Source: Octopus bimaculoides
Lineage: Eukaryota
NCBI RefSeq assembly: GCF_001194135.2
Contig: NC_068981.1
Location: 20,488,989 to 20,552,988, forward strand
Direction of reading: 5' to 3'
Length of the DNA: 64,000 bases
This document shows positions 38,591 to 52,570 of this stretch, in pieces. A program made the position numbers and the translations under genes. Each line of letters opens with the position of its first letter. Position 1 is the first letter of the stretch. The notes under the pieces are model-generated. The model worked only from the letters and a program-made list of their open reading frames with translations. It was not told the origin of the DNA and made no database searches.

Positions 38591-40313
38591 CTAACATATA
38601 TAACCTTGTCAAAGCTGCATTCTGAAAAAGAAGCTGATTCTAGAAACTGGCACTCTTTCCAGGGGTAGAAAAATGCTTGTTGAGGGTTAACTTCGTCCCC
38701 GAATCAGTTGCTGACTCTGAACAAGACTCAGGTAAACATATGAGACTGAGCTGTTGCTGCTATGTGCACAAACATTCTAGGGCACATCTCAAAACAGCTG
38801 TCTAGTTGATTGACAATAATTCATTTACCAACACACCAACTATAGATTCACAGACACACTATTTTCTCTTTCTCTCTTTCTCTCTCTCTCTCCCTCTCTT
38901 TCTCTCATAATAATAGATTTTGTTCTTCTGAACTAGAAAACTGCATACCACCTCCCCCAATATACCCAAATAACCAACAAGACAATCTGCTACAAGCCAC
39001 AGATCTGATCCATCGATGAAGTATGATTCTAGCTACATGAAATTATCGCAGTAGATAGCGATATAGCAGATGTGAGAGAGGCTCAGAGAAACTGAAGGAA
39101 GTGGGAAGAAAGGAACAATATCAGGTAGCTTAGAAAAGTTAAGTGTCAGGTATGCATAGTAAGACGGGATGATTGTCACCAGCGTTGCCTTACTGGCACT
39201 TGTGCCGGTGGCACGTTAGAAAATTATTTGAGCGAGGTCATTGCCAGTGTCGCTGAACTGGCTCCTGTGCAGGTGGCATGTAAAAAACACCATTTTGAGT
39301 GTGGCCATTGCCAGTACCGCCTGACTGGCCCTCGTACCGGTGGCACGTAAAAGCACACACTACACTCTCGGAGTGGTTGGCGTTAGGAAGGGCATCCAGC
39401 TGTAGAAACTCTACCAGATCAGATTGGAGCCTGGTGCTGCCATCCGGTTCACCAGTCCTCAGTCAAATTGTCCAATCTGTACTAGCATGGAAAGCAGACG
39501 TTAAACGATGATGATGGGGAAAGTTCAGGGGAAAATTCCCTCTGCTAGCAGGTTTTATAATGGTTTGTATGAAAGGTGGTACAAACATTGAATGAGTAGG
39601 ATGTGTGAAGAGTAGAGAAAAAATGAGGCAACAATGCACTGCTGGATGCATAATGTTAATATGCATGAATGACAGAACACAGGTGAGCTGAGAAGAAAAC
39701 TGGCTGTAAGAGAAATCATGTATAGTGTGCTAGAGAGAAGACTGAGCTAGCACAGATATGTGATGTGAATGATGAATGACAGTTGGGTAAAGATTTAACA
39801 AGCAATCCAAGTGAAAGAAACCTGTAGTAGAGGACGACTGTGGAAGATATAGGAAGAGGTAGTGAAAGCTCATCACACAATACTGAACTTCTCGAAGGAG
39901 ATGACAAGAGAAAGCAATAGTAGTGTTCAACCCATACAGGCCTAAAGTGACATTAACAATGATGATAACAGTGATGATGGTGGCAATGATGACAATGGTG
40001 GTGTTGATAAGGATGATGACAACAACAATGACGACAACAATGATGACAACAATGGCAAATATGACAATGATCAAAATGAGGACAATGATGATGATGAAGA
40101 ATTTGATAAAAAGGATATCTGTTAGAAACATTCCACAAATGTGATTCAAATCCCATCACCGCCACACCAAAATAATATCAAAGAAAGTGTAACACCAACC
40201 AGCAACTTCTGTCTTGTTACTTTCCTGAAATAGAACAAAAAGAAATAAAAGTAAGTAACATGTTTAAAGTAGGGAAAATACTTGATTGCTTACGTGTGGA
40301 GGTGTTTAAGCAT
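38591..40313 (-). CDS. Gene C candidate 5' exons: 40313-40294, 40224-40160, 39091-38949 (in-frame TAG), 38621-38591
   Basis: Phase-consistent chain with strong acceptors at 40224, 39091 and 38621. N-terminus MLKHLHTKVTRQKLLVGVTLSLILFWC is signal/anchor-like. Two donors are weak. Confidence 0.35.
39170..39515 (+). mobile_element. Family A repeat
   Basis: Family A 3' motifs and ATG tail. Similar copy at 42095-42432. Confidence 0.85.
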
Positions 40314-43300
40314 GCTAGAGAACTAGATTTAGGAGAAGTTTTACTTTAATCATTGTTAGTTTCACAGATAATAAACAGTAAACTATCAGGTGTTATTTCT
40401 ACACATGTCAACCAATATCTTACAATCTATTCTTAAAACAATAACAAAATTGGGAAAACTAAATGTGTTCTCATTCCTGATTGAAGTCAGCTGTTGCAAC
40501 TTTCTGACTGAATCAGTGCATTATTTCCTGCAAAAGATTGATCTGAAACCCAAACAATCAAAAAAAAGCCACCGAGGAGACAGGTATGGCAGCTGAAACC
40601 AATTCAAGACAGCTATGGCTAACTTCAGGTGGAACCTCTCCATAGATGAAGACTTATTCAGTCCTCATTACCCTACTCAGGCAAAGCATATAGCTTAAGG
40701 GGAGAAAACAGTTGCAACCCTGGGATACCTGCTGATATGGAAGGGTTTCTGATGGTGCAATGGATTCAGAAGGGCTTGCAAAACCTCTGAGTAGCTCCTG
40801 TGGGGGTAATGCATCTTAGATGTTTATTTAACCAGTATATTCAAAGAAGTATACCTGTTATTGTTCTTAACAACAGCACTTTTCCTGTGTCAATATAGTG
40901 TTAATGTATTACTTTATATTTATTAGCCTTTTCTCCTTTTTTTTTTGGTGGGGGGAGTTTAGTCAGAAGAGAAGATAGTAACCATGACTCATTACAGGGA
41001 CGATAGGAGGAAGATATTCTCAAACCAGAAACTGGTCGAAGTGCTTGACATAAAGTGAACTCTGCTAAAAGCATCCAGAGTGCCAAGTGATAATGTTAAA
41101 TTGTGTAATAGGTTAAGTCTATCACCCAAGACATTAATTTCTTTAGGGGTTTATTTTTGTTAATTATAAAAAACTGTAGATGGCTTATGAACTGGGAAAA
41201 CATACAATGAGAGATCCAAGCAGAGCAACACAGATGGAAGAAGTGAGATGTGGACCACAAACAGGATTATGTTGAAACATATACCTCCTTTGGTTACATT
41301 CCATGACAGTATCTTGGTCATCGTATGAACTTTTCAGACAACCCTCATATGTTGACAGTTAAAGCAAGTATTAATTAATTCTGTGGAGGAGTGTATCAAC
41401 TGCAGGACTATATTAACTATAAAGGGAATGATAACTGAGATAAACTTTTACACACACACACATACATACATACATACATACATACATACATACATACATG
41501 CATACACACACACACATACATACATACATACATACATACATACATACACGCATACACACACACATACATACATACATACATACATACATACAAGAATACC
41601 CTATTGCTGATGCTAAAAGGAGCCTTGGATTTAGGTTAGAAACCAGCTCTTTCTCTATTGGCAAGAAATCTTGAAATAAAACTGAATTATGACATACATA
41701 CATACATATATACATGCATATATACATTCATACATACATATGGTTGTGTGGTTAAGACATTTGCAGCCTAGCCAAATGATTTTGGTGTTCAGTTCCACTG
41801 TGTAACATCTTGGGTAAGTGTCTTCTACCTTTTAGTGTAGCCCTGGACTAATCAAGGTTTTGTGAGTAAACTTGATAGATGAAAGAAGAAACCTTTCTTA
41901 TGTGTGTGTGAGTGTACATGGATGTGTGTCTCCTTGTCATGACATCATATGATATTTGTAAATGAACATCACCATTATACAAGCAGTGTTCTTCTTGGAA
42001 AACATGTTCAACCATGTATAAATATTACTTTTTGGAAGCAGGTGAGGTTTCATGACAGGAGGGGCACTTGTTTTATTTATTCTAATTTGATTGTTACCAG
42101 TGTCGCCTTACTGGCACTTGTGCCGGTGGCATGTGAACAAAACATTCAAGTGAGGCCGTTGCCAGTGCCGCTGGACTGATTCCTGTGCAGGTGGCACGTA
42201 AAAACACCATTTGAACATGGCTGTTGCCAGTATCGCCAGACTGGCCCTCATGCCGGTGGCACGTAAAAGCACCCACTACACTCTCGGAGTGGTTGGTGTT
42301 AGGCAGGGCATCCAGCTGTAGAAACTCTGCCAGATCAGATTGGAGCCTGGTGCAGCCATCTGGCTCACTAGTCCTCAGTCAAATCGTCTAACCCATGCTA
42401 GCATGGAAAGCGGACGTTAAATGATGATGATATTCTTTATTCTTTGAGAAGGAACCTAACTTCAAACTACTTTTTACAGATCACTTTTTACACATTGTTT
42501 TCTAAACCTGAGAATAGTAAGTAGAGGAGCAAATTTTGATTTTATACTCCCCCAAAATTCTAGGAGGTGCACTTGCATCTCCCACACACTCTGTTCCTGG
42601 GGATATGATCTGCAAGATTTGAACTCAGCACATAAAGAGCCAGAGGAGATGCCACTAAACATTTTGTCCAACATACTAACAATTCTGCTAAATGACTTGC
42701 CTTAAGAAAGACATGATCATAGAAAATTAGTGTCAATCAATTCTACCTGGCTCATGAAAGCATGGAAAAGCAAACATTAAAGATACAATGATGATGGCAA
42801 TTATGATAATGATATGTATATGTGCGTGTGTGCGTTTGTGTAAAAAATGTGTATATATGTGTGTGTTTCTAATATACATGCATATTCATGTTTTTATGTG
42901 TATGTACAAACACACACTCACATGCAAGTGTATTCATAAGCAGACACATATATTTAACCTGATGTTGTACGTGGGCTTTATATCACCAGTAATACAATAG
43001 TGTCCTCTGTCAATTGTGAGATTAAACAGAACAACTCAGCACATATTTATTCTACGTGAACAGTGACAATTCTTGTGCAGACAGGCAGCACCAACACCTT
43101 GGCAACATATTTTAAAAAGATAAATAGAATAATAATCTTTCCCAACAAAACATAAAATTTCAGACACCATTCATTTTTAAAAGTTGAATTTAAAAAATCT
43201 CTAACCAGTTTGACTAAATGAGAACAGTGTAAACCAGTAAACGTGGTATGCATGACTGCTCTGCAAAAAAATAGGAGTAGGAGGTTGCAAATAATTGAGT

Positions 43301-44462
43301 TGTTTGTTCAGTTAAGGCTAATGGTTGCCAGTGTAAGAAATATGTATAGTTATTAGTATGAGCAGTACAGTGTAAGGGAATGTCAGGTATTATTCACATA
43401 CAAAACTGTGGCAACTAACTATTGAAATGCTGTTCTCAATATGGTATCTAAGAACAGGTTTGTCAGGTTTCTTGAGGTGAGTGCCTTTATAGAACTATTT
43501 AAATAATGGGACATGTCAACCTGAACTAAAATTATTAATGGTGGTAGAAGCAGAAAGAAACTACGGCTGTGAAAAGTAGTGCAAAAGAAATGACCAAACT
43601 AGGAAATTTATATTTAGTGTAGACTCTCTAAGATATCTCATGTAGATCCATACATGTTCTATTTTTAAACTATAATATTCACAGATCCACATATACCATA
43701 GGTCTATATCTACATCTGCATACCTTAATACTATATCTGTGATATGCATACCTTAATACTGTGCCTATGATATTCACAGTACACATCTGGGACACACACT
43801 GTTCCAGATATGAGAACAGTACTCAATCATAGGTCTAAGAAAAGGATCATTAACTTCTTTCTATAATGACCTACTCTGGTTATTCTTATGTTTGCCCATG
43901 GCCCATAGATATTTCATATTGTCATATGCTAGACATAGAATAACCCTGCATTACTCTCCTTTCCCTCATTAGCAATGCATACTGATGTAAAAATTAAAGA
44001 AATTGTGATACAAAGGACCATCTAAAAAACATCAACTGTTCAATGGCTCACAAGTACATTAAATTAGTCCAACCCATGCTAGCATGGAAGTGGACATTGA
44101 ATAATAATGATGATAATGGTAGTCTACATGCAGACTAATGTGGATTTAGATTGTTTGCAGGTATAGTAGCAGCTCAGTCTCAGACATGGGAGCTGTATTG
44201 TTGTATGGATATAAGATGTAAGTTTAGAAGCACTGTCTTAGATATGTCAGTAGTGTTCTAATATGAATCTAGGATGTTTCAGTATGTAATAATAGAACAG
44301 TCCTGGAGATATGAACACAACCCTAATGAAGGTCTAAGATGTTTATATGGGTGCTTTGTAACAGCATTACTCCAGATATGTGAGCAATATTATAATGTAG
44401 GTCTAAAATATTTGTATCGGTGTGTGTATTTGGGTATCGTAGTTGTTAGCAGTAGTCTAGGT

Positions 44463-44745
44463 CAGGGGTTTTCAAACTTTTTGACTTGCGGACCCCTTTA
44501 TATTTCAGGCTTTACCTTATAAACGCTTATGAAATTTATACATAAATATTTGCTTAAAATAACATATATTTTTGCATTTATTTATTTAACAGTATTTAAC
44601 AAATAGGTTTATTGTCAATTAAAAGATTTCGATTAAAAAACATATAAAATCAAATTGTCCATAAAAAGTATTTGCTGTCCACGGACCCCCTGTTTTGTCC
44701 TTGTGGACCCCCTGTGGTCCGTGGACCAAAGTTTGAAAACCCCTG
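44463..44745. mobile_element. hAT-superfamily MITE
   Basis: Perfect 18-bp TIR CAGGGGTTTTCAAACTTT. Perfect 8-bp TSD GTCTAGGT at 44455-62 and 44746-53. Confidence 0.95.
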
Positions 44746-44869
44746 GTCTAGGTGACTGAGGATAAACGTTCACTACAAAAGCAGCATGATTTCCTGTTGT
44801 CTTGTATTGAATGATCTGAGGATCCATCCTACTATTTTTTTGTACATCATTGCTGCCTTGGTAATGCAT

Positions 44870-45520
44870 ATATGTCTTTATGAACATGTAATAAAGCCCT
44901 CAAAGTCACTAAAGTGCTATACCTAACAATCTCTGATTATCTCTGGGACACCACATGGATAATATAGCAAAAAAAAAAGGGAAAGCTTCTTTTTCAGAGC
45001 CAAAAAATATTCCAGTTCTGACTGGTCAATGATACCCTATGACGATCAAATATTACCCATCATAGGGTATTGCTCCCACATCGGAGACAGTGCTGCTGCA
45101 ACATAGAAATATCCTAGAGCACATTGAAAAGAAGGCAATTGAAATAATTGAAAAAGCTACACCTGCCAACATACTTCAACCTCTGACCCATAGATGTCCT
45201 GTCTCCTCACTCTGTCAGTTCTGCCACCTCTTCAATGGTCTCTGTTCCTCTAAACTAGCAAGTTGCATACCATCTGCATCACTACATAGGCCAACTAGAC
45301 TCATGTCTCTTACTCTTATTACTCCTTCTTTGTCTCACCTACCAAGTTCCTGTCCCAACAACAGCAATCAATACTTTCATCCCAGAGTATCAGTTCTTTG
45401 AAATATTCTTTCTGTTAAATTTCTGCAGATATTGATTAAGACATTTTCAAACTAGCCGACAGCTATATCACTTTAACCGGTCTAGAATTATCCATGAACA
45501 GCACAGACACAACCCTTCTC
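44870..45520 (+). mobile_element. Jockey/I-group-like LINE 3' fragment
   Basis: QILPIIGYCSHI...EKKAIEII...LQPLTHRCPVSSLCQF..NGLCSSKLASCIP, a typical post-RT region. Confidence 0.7.
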
Positions 45521-46173
45521 TCCCAACTAAACTTTTAGAAAATACTCCAACTTGCAGCAAACACAGGTTGTATGTTACTGAACTTCCCATTTTCTTTGTC
45601 TTAACTTTATAGAAAAACTGCTGGAACTATTGTATTCCTTATTCTAAGCCTCTAAAAAATATTACTGGAACTGCTTCAGTCCTGAACTGCTTTAGTCCAG
45701 AACTGCTTGATGATCTTCTACTGAGTCAAAAATGTTCACATATCTAGGATAGTGCTCCTGTTACCCATTCAACCATCCTAAGCCACAAGCAAAAGAAAGC
45801 CATATGACTGATTGACAACACAACTAGTATTTCACAGATACAAACACACACTCTCTCTCTCTCTCAGCCTCCATCCCTCCCTCCACCTTCCCTCCTTCTC
45901 CCGTCTCCGCTCTACCTGTTATAATGACTTCTACTCATCAGCTAAATTTTCAAGTTGAGTATCACCTCTGCCCAAACTGATTGATATACTTGACTTTCCT
46001 TCTTCCATCATCTCAACAATGTATTTTCCTTAACCCTACAGTAAACATTTCTCAAATTTTTCAACCTGAAAATTGAAACCTTCCAGAATTCTGACCCTGA
46101 ACTTGTTTACTCTATGGACATCAACCTACAGAAGTTCACCTAAATATCAGTTACATTAACTTTTCAATTTCAG

Positions 46174-47599
46174 GAAGACCTGCACAAGTCATGGGAGCTT
46201 CTCCTGCTCATACGACTATGTAATACAGGAAGAAATATATATTATAAAGTATCACTTGCATTGTCATGTATTCCTGTTACCTGCATATAAACAGTATTAC
46301 ATCAGTATTGTTACCTATTGACTCTTATGTATATATCAGTTGTTACACATGTATGTAGACAGACTCATCATCATTGTCATCATCATCATCATCATCACTG
46401 TCATTATAATGTTCGCTTTTCTATACTCGCATGGGTTAGATAAAGTTTATTAAAGCAGATTTTTTATAGTGAGGTGCCTTTCCGATCACCAATCTTTACC
46501 TGTTTCCCAGCAAGGTAATATTTCCCCATGGCCAGACATATTTTTGCAGAATATTGGAAATGAAGGGCATTCATTTACAACAATCATGCAATGTTAAGAC
46601 AAGAATCCCCAAACATTCACACACACACACACACACACGTATGTATGTATGTTTGTATAAAAATAGGCTTCTTTCAGTTTTTGTCCACCAAATTCACTCA
46701 CAAGGCATTGGTTGGGCTATAGTAGAAGACACTTGTCAAAGATATCTCACAGTGAAATTGAACCCAAAACTATATAGTTGGGAAATAGATTTTTTAGCTA
46801 CACAGCCACACCCATGCCATATGTATACAGATACATGCAATGTGCATTTATATGTAAAGATGCACAAATCAGCCTGCCAACAGTAAAGGAATACATTGGA
46901 TGCATTTGATGGTAGGAAGTGACAAGTTGAATGATGACAAAATGATAGCCCCAACCTACTTGCAAAGATTCCTAGAAATAAAAGAAAATTTCTTTTAGCA
47001 AAGTGACATAATTAGTGATGGAGGTGGGTCTTGGGAAGCAGTTTGTGGACCAGACAAAACAGTATGAGTAATCTATGGTGAAAAGCATGCAATTACCAAC
47101 ACATCACAGCATAGCTGTGACCAGGACCTGGATAAAAGTGTTCCATTCAATTACTAGTTGAAGAGACAGACTTCTTTTAAAGAAAATTATAGTTATAGAA
47201 TCATGAATATTATTTTAGTTTACAGAGATTTTACCATACCATGTGGAGGCATTTTGTAAACAATTAAGATCAATTCAGACATTCTCAAAATTCTTGTCCA
47301 TTTTCAATGATAGAAGAATTGGAATTTCAGCAAATAGTAGTAGTTGTTGGTGTAATAATGATGGTGCCAATGGTATTAGGGATGGTACTGGTGGTGGTTG
47401 CGGTGATGCAGATGTACATGTTTGTCTACATAGGTACATCAACTACAAAAAAATCTCCCCTGGTCTTCAGCAACCCCAACATGACTTACAAATGCTATTG
47501 GCTTCACCAACCTACAGAGATATAATATGCCTAAAAACAAGACCAGTACTTTTTGTAGGAGAATGGTCTAACACTGCCCATTATACTACTGAAGGATAA
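46174..47599 (+). CDS. Gene E exons 46174-46219, 46999-47061 and 47219-(47433 or stop at 47599)
   Basis: Canonical AG/GT sites, phases 2/0, 0/0, 0/-. Peptide KTCTSHGSFSCSYDYQSDIISDGGGSWEAVCGPDKTFTEILPYHVEAFCKQLRS...CWCNNDG. The third exon frame is open for 127 codons. Confidence 0.6.
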
Positions 47600-47750
47600 A
47601 TAATCCCAGAAGGATAAATAAGCTTTATTATAAAATATATGTATATATATTATTGTTTAGTCCTATGTCTTAAAAATAATACCAGAATTATATCTGATGA
47701 ATTGCATATGGACCTAAATAATAATATACATGTGTGTGCATGAGTGTATA

Positions 47751-47821
<71 letters not shown>

Positions 47822-48266
47822 ACATGTGCGTGTATGTGTGTGCATGCAGACATACATACGCACCACATACATAAATATATGTATGCATACACTCCCACAC
47901 ACTTCTGCATCAATATTTTGCATTCACTTTTTCCATGGTGGAATGAAGTGGACAAGAATTCTCAAAGCAAGGTACTTTATTTAATGTTTTCACATGTTAA
48001 ACTGCTGACGTATCTACCAAACTTTTTGCTTATCAAAGACATAAGCACAAAGACACACAGAGACAGATATGCATACATTCACACACACACACACACAAAT
48101 GCATATGTGATGGATTTCTTCAAGTCTCTGCCTATGGGAATGTTTGTTGTGACACATCAATACAACCATAATGAAGAAACTCAACTCTAACAAGGACAAT
48201 AGATCAGCAGCAATGATGCAGCTTTCTGGTGGGGAGGAAGGGTGTGTTTTTTCCTTCTTTTCCCAG

Positions 48267-49039
48267 TCATAAAAATATCCCATTCAATAACTTTCTGAGC
48301 ACTAGGAAAATCACCACTAAATCAACTGCTACCACACAGCAAACAGAATATCCAAAGGACAAATTGCTCACAGCCTTTGCAAAAGTAATGCCGTAACACA
48401 AGTTTCCATCTTACTGTACAGGGAACAACAGCCAATGGAGATAAAGGAAATAAGATGCCCTATTGATTAATAGCTTGACATATATTCTGAGAAGACCATT
48501 GGAAGAGAGTATATTGTATGCCCTAGTCATCATGAATGCTTCTTTCTATGATTTCTTCTCCATAAAGTGCAAAGTTTGAGTTCATCTCATGATTATTGAA
48601 TAATCATAGGCTAAGTTTGCACTCCCAACAGAAAAACATGCTTACTATTTAGATTACTGGAGAACGGTACATAGTGGAATGCAATATAGTCAGAAACTTC
48701 TGTATATTTAACTGCTAAGTGGTTTAAGGTTCTATTCTTTGCACTGTTAAAACATTATCAGCCATCCAGTCCACTTCAATTCTGGTTCAGAGTTGTGCTG
48801 ACTATGTCAAAGATTCGAAGCATCAAATTCAGCAGAGGTATCCTGGCATGGAAATCGGATATATAGATGAAATTTACAATGCAGCTCTCATCAACCAACT
48901 TAAGAATACAAATAACCAAGAACTTTGGAGAATATTGATTCCCTCCAACTACACTGAAATCCGTAATACACTAATGGAAATTTTGGAAGTGGCATCATAT
49001 AATGTTTGGATGAAATTTATAAACATTAGAAACATTTAA
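48267..49039 (+). CDS. Gene E candidate downstream exons 48267-48384 and 48791-49039
   Basis: Acceptor TTCCTTCTTTTCCCAG (phase 2, matches the donor at 47433), 39 open codons, donor GTAATG (phase 0). Then an 82-aa terminal ORF SCADYVKD...IRNI*. Confidence 0.45.
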
Positions 49040-49507
49040 TGATTCACTACACACGTTTCCACAAATCACATGTGTCTTAAGATCACAGTCCATATTCCTG
49101 AGACGATTACAGTGTAGTCTGTGGTATCCGTGAGTATTGGGTAGGTTATCTTCATAGATTCATTTCTTCAGGTGATATAACATTAATGGATGTACAACAG
49201 AGAGCTGCTTATCCCTTTTGACCAGTGTGAAGTTTGATTGAGTTATGTGGATATTTCTGTGTGTATTTGTTGGAGATGAGGGGAAGGTGATGGAAAGAGA
49301 GGAAGGAATGGTAGTTATATGGGGATGGAAGTGTGTGTGGTAATGTTGGACGTAGTACATTCCCTTGTTTGATCTCATTCAAGACATGACTACCTTCAAT
49401 GAATTCTGAAGTAAACAGGTCAGTGGGTACAGCCATCAGCTGTCAGTGTTCATTGTCTGAACTGATAAACGATACTTTCTTAGAGCGACCTTTTAATTGT
49501 TTCTGAT

Positions 49508-49595
49508 GGTACAGAGTTACAGTGTACAGCATCCTAAACATTGGTTGATTTGGTACAGAGTTACAGTGTACAGCATCCTAAACATTGGTTGATTT
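49508..49595. repeat. Perfect 44-bp tandem duplication
   Basis: GGTACAGAGTTACAGTGTACAGCATCCTAAACATTGGTTGATTT twice. Confidence 0.95.
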
Positions 49596-49633
49596 GTTTA
49601 TTTGTTTGTGTTCCTTCCTTGTTCTATAATATA

Positions 49634-50089
49634 CTAAGGGCGGTTGATGTTATTCTGTTTCAAAATATATTTTACAAATTCCAGAATCAATGTTTTGCTT
49701 TTATGTTTACATGATATGATCACCTCGGTGTGTCTATTTATCATGGTTTCTTTAAATGTGATGATTTCCAGAGTTTCTTTAAGGCATAAGTTGCATCCCC
49801 GTGATATTCCATTGTATAATAGACCAGTGGGTTGTATACTCCACTCCATTCTGTTTGAGCCTTCAGACAAGGTTCGATAGTGATGTGGAGTGCCTTTTGT
49901 TTATATTGAAAAATAATGTAAGAGGTTATGCGACAATTTGTACATCGTGTCTCCGGTGCCACCAATATACATGCATTTTTGCATACCTGCCTTCATAGAA
50001 GGATCCAACTTTGAAGACACTAAAGTTTTGTACTTCTTTGAAATTAATAAATGTCTCTCCTGAAAAAATCTCAAAACTCTGGAATACAC
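49634..50089 (-). mobile_element. Penelope GIY-YIG remnant
   Basis: MYIGGTGDT...KRHSTSLSNLV*RLK...CNLCLKE...SCKHKSK across frames. Confidence 0.8.
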
Positions 50090-50147
50090 AAAACTCTGGG
50101 ACCTTGAGTCACTCTATTACTTCTGCTAGATATTAATAAATAAATAA

Positions 50148-50204
<57 letters not shown>

Positions 50205-50394
50205 TATATACATATACATATATATTTATGCATACATGTATATACGTGTGTGTGTGTGTGTGCACGTGCATGCGGGTGTATGATTTGTTCATCTTTTTCA
50301 CAACAATCACAAACCTCTGATGAGTGCAGGGTTACATAATCGGACTGTTATCTAACACTCCGTTGAAACCCTAGTGCAAAACCAATTCATTTTT

Positions 50395-51447
50395 CAAAAT
50401 TAAGATAAACAAAGTTCTTTTTCAATCTAAAATATACTCTCCTTCATTTTCTACAATGCTCTTTCATCTATCTGGTAGACTTGCAAGGACCCCTCTTCCA
50501 AAATTCATTTGTCCGTGATGAAAAATACTCCCCCAGTACTGTTCCTACCTCATCTACAGGATTCATATATTTTCCATCCAAATGATTTTGAAGGCTGTAG
50601 AATAAATAATAATCAGATGGGGCAATGGCCAACAAATATGGAGGGTGGGGGCATCATTTCCCATTCAAACTGCAACCAGCCTTTGGAATGTCATCCTCGT
50701 TGTATGTGGCCAAGCATTATTCTGAAGGAAGAACACTTTTCGTCTTGACTTAAGCTGCTCAAGCTACTTGCGGTTGATCTTCTTTGTTATTATTTGGTTT
50801 GGGTTTAAATGTTCAAAGTGGACTAAACCTTCCATATCCCACCAAACAGATAACAACACCTTACTTGTGTGAAGACCTTCTTTAGCCTGGGGTGCCGGTG
50901 TTTCTCTTTTCCATACCCACTGTCTTTGGTACATGACATTTTTATAGAGAACCCATTTCTCATCACCAGTCACCATTCGGTCCAAAAAAGGTTCATACAT
51001 GAGACGTGACAGTAAAGAAGAGCACACATTCACTCTTTGCATGTGATTAGACTCAGAATGTTTGTGAGGAACCCATAGCCCCAATTTGCTGAGTTTTACG
51101 ATGGCACACAGGTGTCGATAAATGGTTGAATGACCAAATCCAAGCTTCTCTGCTAGTTCCTCAACAGTTACAATTGGAATTTGCTCCACCAGGGTTTGCA
51201 GGACATCCCCATCAAGCTCTACAGATTTTCTAGGACAAGGCTTGTCTTCTAGGCAGTAGTTTCTGGCTCAGAATTTCTGGAACCACTGTTGACACTGACT
51301 AACACTTCAAAACTTGCACTAAGAATAAGGAGAAATTAAAATTACAACCTGCTTTTATAGCAAGTTGATGCAAGTAGTTTATCCCATCCCCATCCGACTT
51401 TTAGTTCATGCAAGTGAAAAAAAACGCATTATTTATGGGATGCTCCA

Positions 51448-51450
<3 letters not shown>
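50395..51450 (-). mobile_element. mariner transposon, decayed, with 5' TIR
   Basis: LWVPHK, MVTGDEKWVLY, VLLSVWWD, PHPPY..IAPSDYYLF. 5' end TATTGGAGCATCCCATAAATAATGCG at about 51425-51450. Confidence 0.93.
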
Positions 51451-51513
<63 letters not shown>

Positions 51514-51679
51514 GTATACACATGCATACATATATATGCAGGGCATCCAGCTGTAGAAACTCTGCCAGATCAGATTGGAGCCTGGTGCAGCCTTCTGGCT
51601 TGCCAGTCCTCAGTCAAATCGTCCAACCCATGCTAGCATGGAAAGCGGACGTTAAACGATGATGATGATGATACATGAT

Positions 51680-52570
51680 GGTCACTCCCATTGATTTCGA
51701 CATATGAGTGTTTGAAAGAAAGGATTTTAAGAAAAAGAGTGACAGAAAAACAACTTTAAAGATTAAAAAAGAAGCTGCATCTATTTGCAATAGATGTATG
51801 AATGAGATTTGAGTCCAGGTATGGATTTTGTTCAAAGAACCAATCTTGATGCTTGCTTTTGAAGAATCCTAGAACTTCTTCAGTAGATGATTTGATGCTG
51901 TCATGAATATTTTGCCACAAAACTTCTGGATCATTGCTTTCTTCTATGTTCTCAAGCTTTGAATTTAGATGCATTTCAAAATTTTTTGTTGTTTCAAGAT
52001 TTTTTTAAAGAAGACACGTTTATTATTGGAGGCATACAGGATCTCAGTGGTCTCTTTGTATATGGTTTAGCAAATACCTTACTGCAAACCTTTTGAGTTC
52101 CAAGTAACACTTGGGACTCTTGTGAGCTCTGGTTAATTTGAAATCACTGCAATTTTTTCTTAATCAAACAGATCAGGGAAGCTTCCAGGTGTTTTTATAT
52201 TTATCTGCCTGTTTAAACACTGTGTTTAGATCAAACTACTGATTGAAAGACAGCAGCTGCAAACCGCCTGCATTCATCTTTCCATGTCCGTGTTTTCCTA
52301 ATACTTTTGACCACACTGTCTGGTTGTTGCCTATTTTGACATTAAAATCACCCATCATTACGACTTTGTCATGATATGGAACTTTACTGAAAACTGTCTC
52401 TAATGGCTGAGTGCAGAGCATAGAAAAATAGGCTAAGTTGATTACTGCTGTGAGCTGGCAACTCATCCTTAGATGTTGAGTCTCACAGGGGCAATGACAT
52501 GTAACTGAGACTTTTGATGGTTTAGTGTGCTTGAGAAGACATGTCAAGCTAAATGAAATCAGAGCCATGG
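51680..52570 (-). mobile_element. RTE (BovB-like) LINE, endonuclease-linker fragment
   Basis: KVVMMGDFNVKIG...LGKHGHGKMNAGGLQLL and WQNIHDSI...KHQDWF. Confidence 0.85.

Noticed and set aside
39730-40165. His/Cys-rich and Ile/Val- or Met/Thr-rich ORFs
   Set aside because: Translations of a degenerate (ATG/ACA)n trinucleotide tract.
40901-41086. ORF starting ALWMLLAEFTLCQA
   Set aside because: Non-ATG start and weak donor; the link to gene C is too speculative.
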